DNA from: an uncultured virus (IMG/VR IMGVR_UViG_3300027976_000023) | Taxonomy: Duplodnaviria > Heunggongvirae > Uroviricota > Caudoviricetes | DNA: 20,000 bases | Virus record (IMG/VR): IMGVR_UViG_3300027976_000023 | Reading direction: 5' to 3' (one strand) | In this document: positions 1-8,700 of the stretch, one piece after another | Position numbering within the stretch: the first letter of the stretch is position 1 | How the letters are laid out: every line of letters starts with the position of its first letter | Made by a program: the position numbers and the translations under genes | Notes under the pieces: model-generated | Told to the model about the DNA's origin: nothing | The model's input: only the letters and a program-made list of their open reading frames with translations | The model's database searches: none

Positions 1-1
1 A

Positions 2-301
2 CGCAGATGAACCAGGTTCAACAGTTTTTTTAGTTGCTGGTGCAGTTGTTACGTATAATTTACTATTAATACCGACACCTTCTGAAATGTTATCATTTAC
101 GCTAGCGTTATACCCTAAGTCACCACTATTAACTGGTATTTTACCAGTAGTTAATACTACACTAGTGTTATAATTTGCATCAGAATCGCCTAAAACAAAG
201 TGTGAAAAAATAGTATTATTATTTTGAATTAATTTTTCTCTCCCTAATAGAGTTAACCTAGCGGTTATTGTAATTGTAGTTGCACTATTTATAAATCCCA
301 T
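2..301 (-). CDS. Putative virion structural protein, N-terminal 100 aa only (runs off the window edge); paralogue of the adjacent 743-aa protein
   Basis: Not in the ORF track. Manual translation from the ATG at 301 gives MGFINSATTITITARLTLLGREKLIQNNNTIFSHFVLGDSDANYNTSVVLTTGKIPVNSGDLG..., open to the edge. It starts 10 nt after the previous TAA, and RLTLLGREKL..FSHFVLGDSDANY aligns with KLTDIGREQL..FSNYMIGDSEVDY of the neighbour. Confidence 0.85.
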   Translation of the reverse strand, partial: MGFINSATTITITARLTLLGREKLIQNNNTIFSHFVLGDSDANYNTSVVLTTGKIPVNSGDLGYNASVNDNISEGVGINSKLYVTTAPATKKTVEPGSSA

Positions 302-311
302 TTTTTTTTAT

Positions 312-2543
312 TTAAAAGTCTATTGTTAATTCCAATGAAGCGGTAGTTGAGTCTGCAATCCTAATTGGTCTTGACATTTTACCCACTAAAACCAAATTTT
401 GATTGTTGTCTAATATACCTATTTCACTAATATATCTATCGTCACCATAATCAAATGTAGGGTTACTACTACTTGATATTGTTGCACCATTTACATTAAT
501 ATTAAATAATGTTTTATAGATAGTTGCACCAATATAAGTCTTTAAGTTACCATAAAATAATCTTTCATCTCCGAATGTCATCTTACCATAGTTAGAAGCT
601 GAAGACATATCTAACTCATTCCCTAAATTAAATGTAGTTGCAGATGCCCCACTATATAACCCACCTGTTAAAATAAACCCAGTAGTATTAGAATTTTGAT
701 TTTCCAATAGGGTTGGGTTAATGGTTTCACCTGTCACATCAGTAATATTAGTAGAAGTAAAATCTATCACCCTCCATTTAGATGGGTCAGGTCTACTAAC
801 TAAATTTTTATTTACAACTTGTGCTAACAATTTAAAATTATCAGCATAAAACCCATAACCATCATAAGAAGCAGATTCTCTTTTTCTCATATAAGGTAAT
901 TGTCCTATATTATTCATACTAAATTGAACATCCTTATCGGAATTAGTTGTGTTATCTAACACCGTATACCTTTGATTGGGTAGTGTTGGTGTAGTAACCG
1001 TAGTAGTTCCTGTTGCACCTGTTCCTGTATTAGATAACCAATATGTCATATATAAACTTTCTCCAGCCTTTAAAACACCAGTACAATTGCCTGATAAAGA
1101 ATTAACCAATTCACCAGTTAAATCAGGTAAAGTGTAGTTTCTGTTAGATTTGTAAGACATTGCAGCCAATAACTCTTCATTATCAATAACAACCATTTTT
1201 AATTGTGGGAATACTTTTCCAACGGATAATGGTTGGGTCGGTGATACAGACATCCCACTAAACTCTATTAAGTCATAATATTCAATATCATTATTAGTAG
1301 CAATAGTTTTTAAAACTGTATCAGACACAAATCTCATACCTAATGTAGTACCACTACCAGTACCTTCATTTCTTCTATGCCACATAACAGGTATATCTAA
1401 ATTCAATAATTTTCCAGATTCCTCATCTATGTAGAATTGTTCACCATAAAAATTAGAAATACAACTATTAGTGTAGTGTACAATACATATACCTTTTTGG
1501 AAGGGATCCATATAACTAATAGAATCCAGTTTGGTTCCTGTTGTAGAAACTGTTAATGTATCATTATACCCTAAATATTGTTTAGTACCACTAAATTGTT
1601 CCGAACCAAATAAATTGTGTTCATGATAGTTGATAGGTGAGTCAACATATTGTCCAGCTAGATTCTCAACCCAAGTGTTATTCATATTCCATACTGGGAT
1701 GTTTTCAACACATATGTCACAACTACTATCAAATGATAAGGTACCCGTATTCCAATATGCGGTTAATGAACTTAACCCATAATAATCATCCTCTGGGTCA
1801 TCTCCACCAGGTATAGTATAATAAGTTATGATTGTACCAGAATATGCATTTAGTGTAGGTAATACCCTATCCACTTTAATTGTTGTCCCACTAATTTCTG
1901 TTATATTATAAAAACTATTAATGGTAGCAGCTGTCATACTATCCCCCGAAATATTTCCTAATGTGGGGTTAGAGAACTTAAAGACTATGTAATCATTCAC
2001 ACTTGTAGCAGTAAGTGCAGTACTCAATGTTAATTGACCCTGAGTATAAGGTGTCATATCAACCGTACCATCAAAATTAACTAAATCAATAGTTCCACTT
2101 TCTTTTATAAACTGAGTTGTTGTTACCGCAGATAATCCCACATCAACAGACGATCCAGAGAAAAATCCTCTATCCGCTGCCTCATTACTAACCAACCCTT
2201 TTATTAGTTGTATATCACTTTGTTGGTTTAATGGGAAAATAAATTGATTACTTTGATCCAATAAAAATGTAGAGAAAAATGGATTTTCATCTTTAGGTCT
2301 CAATACCTTTGAAAAAATGTTTTTTACTATATTTCCATCCGCTTCAGGAAACCAAAATTCACCTGTCGATGCACCTACACTTGGCACAAATTGTGACCAA
2401 CCCTTAACATAATTATAATCAACCTCTGAATCGCCGATCATATAATTACTGAACGTTAATTGTCCTTTAGCTAACTGTTCTCTACCTATGTCAGTTAATT
2501 TAACCCTTACTAATGCCGTACTTTGTTTATTTATGTAGCTCAT
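312..2543 (-). CDS. Putative baseplate/tail-fibre attachment structural protein (743 aa) with DUF3751/tail-collar-like terminal motifs
   Basis: Long ORF. The N-terminal LTDIGREQLA...YMIGDS and C-terminal YISEIGILDNNQNLVLVGKMSRPI resemble the two halves of the phage tail-collar fibre N-terminal domain (LTxxGxxxLA..xxxGDG / IxEIGLxDxxGxLxAV). The central region is S/T/G-rich. The function is inferred from motifs. Confidence 0.65.
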   Translation of the reverse strand: MSYINKQSTALVRVKLTDIGREQLAKGQLTFSNYMIGDSEVDYNYVKGWSQFVPSVGASTGEFWFPEADGNIVKNIFSKVLRPKDENPFFSTFLLDQSNQFIFPLNQQSDIQLIKGLVSNEAADRGFFSGSSVDVGLSAVTTTQFIKESGTIDLVNFDGTVDMTPYTQGQLTLSTALTATSVNDYIVFKFSNPTLGNISGDSMTAATINSFYNITEISGTTIKVDRVLPTLNAYSGTIITYYTIPGGDDPEDDYYGLSSLTAYWNTGTLSFDSSCDICVENIPVWNMNNTWVENLAGQYVDSPINYHEHNLFGSEQFSGTKQYLGYNDTLTVSTTGTKLDSISYMDPFQKGICIVHYTNSCISNFYGEQFYIDEESGKLLNLDIPVMWHRRNEGTGSGTTLGMRFVSDTVLKTIATNNDIEYYDLIEFSGMSVSPTQPLSVGKVFPQLKMVVIDNEELLAAMSYKSNRNYTLPDLTGELVNSLSGNCTGVLKAGESLYMTYWLSNTGTGATGTTTVTTPTLPNQRYTVLDNTTNSDKDVQFSMNNIGQLPYMRKRESASYDGYGFYADNFKLLAQVVNKNLVSRPDPSKWRVIDFTSTNITDVTGETINPTLLENQNSNTTGFILTGGLYSGASATTFNLGNELDMSSASNYGKMTFGDERLFYGNLKTYIGATIYKTLFNINVNGATISSSSNPTFDYGDDRYISEIGILDNNQNLVLVGKMSRPIRIADSTTASLELTIDF

Positions 2544-2562
2544 TACTTTCTTACTATTTAAT

Positions 2563-2570
2563 TATAAATA
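2563..2570 (-). promoter_or_regulatory. TATTTATA motif, candidate phage late promoter, 19 nt upstream of the ATG at 2543
   Basis: The plus strand reads tataaata at 2563-2570, inside a 45-nt intergenic gap. The same motif precedes other genes. Confidence 0.5.
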
Positions 2571-2588
2571 TACAGAATAATATTATTA

Positions 2589-5500
2589 TTAATATGTTAT
2601 ACCTGAATTCGTTAGAATTTCGATAGGTGTGGTATCACTATAACTCACACTATATATTATTTCACCTATTATTGGGGTATAAAATTTTTCATTTTTAACT
2701 CTATATATAAATTTATCACCTGCTCTCGCATTTGTCAATGTTATTATCTTACTATATGTTTTTTGTCCAATAATGTAACTCACCTCTTCACTGTATATTA
2801 TATTAGTAAATGATGTATCATTGACATCTGTCACTTCAATTGTAAACTTACCATCATTGTTTGTGGGGTTAGTAACAATTGACCAACTTATTAATGGACT
2901 ATTAGTGGAAATCCCACCAATTATGGCGTTAGATGGTGTATAAAATGCTTCAATTATGTCACCATTATTTAAATTATTTTCTAAAATAATTCTTCTAAGA
3001 TTACTAAACGATTGTGTATACTCTACATTAGGTGATAATATTGCCCCATTAATACTTAATACCACATTACTAGAAGGGTTATTTATTAGATAAAATTCAT
3101 ATTTACTATGAGTCGTATTATAATATACCCTGTCAGTTTCTAATTGTGTTCCTGTACCACCACTACTTATTATTGTTGAAACGGTGTAAAGGTCAGCAAA
3201 TAAGTCATTTGAATTTCCGTTATCAACATATGCGTATGTTAAAACTTGATTATCTAACGGTGTAAATAATAACCTTATAAATGGTGTAGGTGTCCCAGAA
3301 AAAGTACCAGTAACTGCACTATATTCTATGTTTTTAGCTAAAACTGCTCCATTATAACTCACAATTGGGTCCGATAAACCTTGTATACTGTAGTCCGTTT
3401 TTCCTGATTCAGTAAATTGTGTGGAGACTACTAAATTATTAATCCCACCGATGTTAGGTGCAACAGAACTATTAAATTGTGGTATACTAGCTTCAAACAT
3501 ATTTATAAAATACCAGTCAGTTTCGGGAACGTACAACCCATATAACTTACCTCTCTTATAAGTACTTAAGGTACTCAGTCTAGTGTTTTGTTGTTTAGCA
3601 ATTAAAGTATTTACATTATAATCCCAATATGACTTAATCAGAAATTCACCTTCTCCAATACTATCAATATTTAACGTAATGGTGTTCCCAGTATTTCCAC
3701 TTAAGTTTTCATATGGTATTGTAAATGTCTGTAAAGCTGATGTAGTGAATTTTTCAGTACCTTGATCATACTTATAAACTTCACCATAATATGATAACTT
3801 TTTAGGGGTTACCACACCATTAACATTGTTAACCAATATATTAAAGTTAAAACCTATTCTATTTAATGGTGTAATATATACATACCTATCACAAGATATT
3901 GCTTTATCGGTGATTATGTTTGGTAGTCCCCAGTTAGAAGTAGTACCCGTAACCGTAGTACTACTTAAGTTAAACGCGTTTTCTTGAAAATTACATTGTA
4001 CCCCCAAACCATTTGGTCTGTGGATAGTGTGTAAATAATTCTTACCTAAATCTGCAACGTAAACTTTTTCATCTGCACCCATTTGTAGTGCACCTAAACT
4101 ACTTCCACTAATATTTCCTACTTCAATTTCATTGTTTAAAATCTCTGTAGCTGCAGTATATGATAAATCATATTGATAAATTTTTTCACCAGCTCCTTCA
4201 GAAACATAAAATTTAGATGAATCTGAAGAAAATTCTAAACCATAGGGTCCCACATCAAAAGTTTTACCTGTGATGGAAACAAAATTACTTAAAGTACCAT
4301 CGGAAGCTTCAAAATCAAAAATATCTATGATGTCTTCATCATATAAGACAGAAATTAATTTTGTACAATCTGGTGATGTTTTCATATAACCTCTAGCAGT
4401 GTTATGTGTACTACCAATATTTGTTATAATTGGTCCTGATAAACCTACTGACGACACTTTATATGAATAAAAAGAAGTATCCCCACTAGTGTGTGTGATC
4501 ACCCAGTAGGCATCTTCTGTACTATGACTACAAGCTGTTACTTTTTCTGTTAATGGTAAATTGATTAATCTATTATTTTTAGTTTCAACTTGACCAAACC
4601 CACCTTGTAATCTCATATTAACTATAGAATACTCAAACCCATTAGGGGAACCATTATAATCAGTAGTGAATATATAGTAGTTATTATTATTTCCTGGTTG
4701 TGGTATGATAATAGAAGATTGGGTAGATGTACCTGAACTTACCAACCCACTCCCATTGGACATAACAGTGTTACCACTTGTATATACTGTCTCACCATTA
4801 GTATAAAATATCAATTTACCTTCTTTGTTCGATATTGACGATACACCTTCTTGTGACACCATAGAACCACTCAATGGCGTAGGTGTACCACCACTCTGTA
4901 TTGGGTCAAATGTTAACCCAGCATTCTCACCGAAGAACCAATTATAATTTAATCTATCATAAGTGTACCCAGTGTATGTAACTGGACCACATAATGTATC
5001 TGCAGATGATGTTGGGATTTTCCTAGTACCTGTAATAGTAACTTGAGGGAAATCAAAGCTATCAAAATCCGATCTTTCAACATGTGGATATAATTCTTCA
5101 TTACTTATAGGTTCCCACCCATAATTTTTACTTTCATTTCTGCTGGATAGGAATTGATATTTTTTACCGTTGTCAATATAAAGTATCTGATTATTTGCTG
5201 TTATAGTTGGGGATAAGATACCACACTTATCAACAGACGATGTGATTGTTGAGGTGAAAGGGTAAGAACAAGTAGTTACTAAAGATGTTACCACTGGTAG
5301 TGATGAAGAACAAAACGACACTGATCCTGACCCACTAAGATTAAGATTAGAACTAATAGTATTACCATACTCATCTTCATAAGTAAAATACACTATACAG
5401 TCATCAACTCCACTACCACACACTGTACCATTATTTACGATAGTGTAAACCGTTGTTTGTAGAACCCCATCCTCACTTTTATCACCTTTAAAAATTAATG

Positions 5501-5756
5501 GTATTAATTGTTCACTTTGTCTATTTCTAAATATAGATTGTCCACTTTTAGGTGGTGGTGAGTAGGTAAATATAGTTTCAATTTTAGATAAATCTATAGG
5601 TAAAAACCACGATCTTTTTGTCTCCAAAAATGGGGATAATGAACTAGCTTGATACCTCATGTTTGTCACTACATTAGTTTCAATTGGCGCATCAACTGGT
5701 TCTATTAATTTTGCGTTTAACGATGATGTTTTTATTTTAGCCCTTAATATTGTCAT
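2589..5756 (-). CDS. Multidomain virion protein (1055 aa): small Cys-containing module, central Bacteroidota-type beta-propeller, C-terminal VxxNG beta-sandwich repeats; candidate receptor-binding/baseplate protein
   Basis: Long ORF. The run NWFFGENAGLTF..EGVSSISNKEGKLIFYTNG..STQSSIIIPQPG..YYIFT..YSIVNM..GYMKTSPD..YGLEFSSDSSKFY..LGALQMGADEKVY..GLPN follows the propeller seen in Bacteroidota T9SS-sorted surface proteins. Two IVSYNGAVL..EY / VLSINGAIL..EY repeats lie near the C-terminus. Confidence 0.7.
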   Translation of the reverse strand: MTILRAKIKTSSLNAKLIEPVDAPIETNVVTNMRYQASSLSPFLETKRSWFLPIDLSKIETIFTYSPPPKSGQSIFRNRQSEQLIPLIFKGDKSEDGVLQTTVYTIVNNGTVCGSGVDDCIVYFTYEDEYGNTISSNLNLSGSGSVSFCSSSLPVVTSLVTTCSYPFTSTITSSVDKCGILSPTITANNQILYIDNGKKYQFLSSRNESKNYGWEPISNEELYPHVERSDFDSFDFPQVTITGTRKIPTSSADTLCGPVTYTGYTYDRLNYNWFFGENAGLTFDPIQSGGTPTPLSGSMVSQEGVSSISNKEGKLIFYTNGETVYTSGNTVMSNGSGLVSSGTSTQSSIIIPQPGNNNNYYIFTTDYNGSPNGFEYSIVNMRLQGGFGQVETKNNRLINLPLTEKVTACSHSTEDAYWVITHTSGDTSFYSYKVSSVGLSGPIITNIGSTHNTARGYMKTSPDCTKLISVLYDEDIIDIFDFEASDGTLSNFVSITGKTFDVGPYGLEFSSDSSKFYVSEGAGEKIYQYDLSYTAATEILNNEIEVGNISGSSLGALQMGADEKVYVADLGKNYLHTIHRPNGLGVQCNFQENAFNLSSTTVTGTTSNWGLPNIITDKAISCDRYVYITPLNRIGFNFNILVNNVNGVVTPKKLSYYGEVYKYDQGTEKFTTSALQTFTIPYENLSGNTGNTITLNIDSIGEGEFLIKSYWDYNVNTLIAKQQNTRLSTLSTYKRGKLYGLYVPETDWYFINMFEASIPQFNSSVAPNIGGINNLVVSTQFTESGKTDYSIQGLSDPIVSYNGAVLAKNIEYSAVTGTFSGTPTPFIRLLFTPLDNQVLTYAYVDNGNSNDLFADLYTVSTIISSGGTGTQLETDRVYYNTTHSKYEFYLINNPSSNVVLSINGAILSPNVEYTQSFSNLRRIILENNLNNGDIIEAFYTPSNAIIGGISTNSPLISWSIVTNPTNNDGKFTIEVTDVNDTSFTNIIYSEEVSYIIGQKTYSKIITLTNARAGDKFIYRVKNEKFYTPIIGEIIYSVSYSDTTPIEILTNSGITY

Positions 5757-5760
5757 TTCT

Positions 5761-5768
5761 TATAAATA
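5761..5768 (-). promoter_or_regulatory. TATTTATA motif, 4 nt upstream of the ATG at 5756
   Basis: The minus strand reads TAA-ca-TATTTATA-agaa-ATG; the motif fills most of a 14-nt gap. Confidence 0.55.
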
Positions 5769-5770
5769 TG

Positions 5771-8700
5771 TTAAATACAATTATGTATTAATTCTGTGTT
5801 ATAAAATGGTCCATCTGGATACCAATCAGAGTCACCTAAAATTATAACATTACCCTCGAACTCATTCGTATCGTAAATTTGAGTTATAAATGCTGTACTC
5901 TCTTCTTTAGTTTTTAACATATAAGACTTTCTTATACATTTACTTAAATTACTTCTTACATTAGCAATGAATGTCCTTTGTCTTTCATAGTTGGTAGTAC
6001 CAGGTGTGAAATTAGATAAAGTATTTTGTGCATTCACCAAAGACTCTGTTAAACCACTACAAGATGAGAATTTAGAATAATAATCTTGTTGTTGTACTAT
6101 GTAATCATTTTGTTGTTGTTCTAAAAGAATTAATAAGTTAGATAAATTTGTTTGTTGTGAGATTAAAATCACATTTGTACCACTGATTTGTATATTTAAA
6201 CTATCTTTATTAATTTCTAAATTATCAGTATCAATATCTTGTAAATTTAATGAACATAATTGTTTATTTAATTGTTTTAATTGTTTTTGTGTTGACGATA
6301 CTAAAACTTTAGTAGTTAATATATTATTTTTAGTTTCTTTTATTTCTACATTTGTAGGGTATAACGGTATTTGTTCTAAAACCGCATATACTTCTTGTGA
6401 ACCAATACTAAAATCGGTTTTACCACTAACACTACAATGTCCACCACAAAGTACATTTAAATTATATTTTTTATATTCGTATTTGTTTTGATCAAAAATT
6501 GTGTTTCTATAGATTTTACCAGAATTATCACAACCTTCCCATATTGTTGTCGCTGGGACAACTTGTTCCAATAAATCTAACCAATAGTCACCTATTTTAT
6601 CCATAAATTCAAATAGATTATTGTAGGTAAGTTTACCAGTGAACTCTTCACCACAGTTATTGGCGGTTAAATATAGTTGGTAGAATAATCTTAATAGTGG
6701 ATAATCACTTATAGTTTGTCTACTCTTAGCATCGATAAGATTACTTAACACCATAGTGTCAAAATTATCTTTAATGTTAATTTCTGAAGGTAGTGAATCT
6801 AAAAAGGATATTGGATTAACACATACCCCCACAGTCGTACCAGTTGTTATACCAGATAAACAATCTTCCCTACTTATAACTTTTTTAGTTCCATAATATT
6901 CACAATCACCCTTACAACTGTTAATTTCTTTCCAATTGCACGAACTCGTTGTAGTGTCCCATACATATTTTTTACCAATTCCTAACCCTAACGTACCTTC
7001 ATCATTTATTAAACCATTTAAAGTTGTACAACATTCTAATGTTATACCAGTTGTTTGGTTAAATGTTTGAGCCGTTATACCACTTAAAACTTCAGTTAAT
7101 ACACCTCCACTATATGGTGTAGTACCACTATAAAGGTAACTCTCATAAAAAGATATAGTACCATCATTATTTTCAGTAATTAAACCGAATAAGTTATCTA
7201 AATTGCTGTTATTATTGATTACTATAGTATCACTTCCACAATTATTTTTTTGTATATAAAATTTAGATAGACTTCCACCCTTCTTTAATAAGTCATAATA
7301 ACTAGCGTTTAATGAATTGTTATAGTCAGCGGTTAATGTATAGTAATCATTTTTCAACTCTAACACTTGATTAGTTAATATTGTAGTATATGTATCACAA
7401 CTAAATGATATACCAACAGTGGATGCTGAAACATCTAAGGTGTAGTCATCTAACGTTGTAGAACTATATACTTGACCACTAAATACAATAGTTTCACCAG
7501 AAGTACAACTAGTAGGACATTCGTCACAATCTATGTTTTTCCAAAAGTTGTAAACATCACATTCTATTGATTTAGCTGGGTCAATACTAAAAGAAGTATT
7601 TTTTACGTTTATTATTAAATCTGAATGGTGAACATCATAATTAGTGTACCTATATTCTAAATTTGTCCACAATCTTTCTTCAGGTGTAGTTAATTTGGTT
7701 ATAGTGGTATTATTTGATGAATCTACGTTACATTCACCATCAGGGTAAATAGTGTTTGTTACAACACCTTTATCCGTATATACCCAAGACTTCTTATTAT
7801 CAATAATACAACTTAATTGTGGTACTAAACAATCATTTAATGTGATTAGTCGATTTGTTTTACAATCAGTAACATTAACTCGGATATTATCAACTAGTAA
7901 ACAAACAGAACATTCATAATTTTCAATCTCTATTGAAAAGAAAAATTCTTTATTAGGGTATAACCTCCTTAAATCATCACACACACATTCTGGTATAGTA
8001 TAGTTAAGTGTTTGCCAATTAGGTTCGAACATATCGGGTGAAAAATCAACATTTTGTGAAGCCAATGCGTCAAATATCGAATCTTCAATAGTTGCAATAT
8101 TTATTTCACTACCTGATAATATTACACCACTATACTGTTGCGTTGGGTCCCAGGCCCAAATAGGGTTAATGGATTGTGTATATGGTAAATATGTTAAATC
8201 TGTATCGATATTAGTATTAGTATCTATACTAGTATTGTTTACAAATAATTTAAAATTAATTTTTAAATCATCCAGATATTTCAAATAATTTTGTTGTTCA
8301 ATAACTAAGAAATTTTCATAGTTTTGGTTTAGGGTGTTTAACCACACACTATAACATTTTTCAGTAGAAGTCTCAATATCACTTAATACTGATTCTATTT
8401 GAGTCAATGTATTATTTAATTCGTTAAATATTTCTAAAGTACAACAATCTACATCACCATTAGGTGATATAAATCCTTTAGGGTAACAACCGTAATCTGT
8501 CCACTCAACGTCAAAACCTAACACTGATTTAGTACAACACTCTACACCTAATGGGGTACCATTAAATGTTATTTGACCTATAGGGTTGGCGGATTGTCCG
8601 AAACCTATATTACCTGGTGTTGGACAACAATCTACATCACCATTAGGTGGTACATCACCATTAGGTGATATAAATCCTTTAGGGTAACAACCGTTACCTA

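Noticed and set aside
2589..5756. Bacterial T9SS-secreted protein in a chromosomal locus
   Set aside because: It has no signal peptide or C-terminal sorting domain, and the neighbours are phage-like with no housekeeping genes.
8441..8667. CRISPR-like array from the thrice-repeated 17-mer
   Set aside because: Spacing is irregular (183 and 18 nt), the repeats lie in frame within a CDS, and there are no unique spacers or cas genes.
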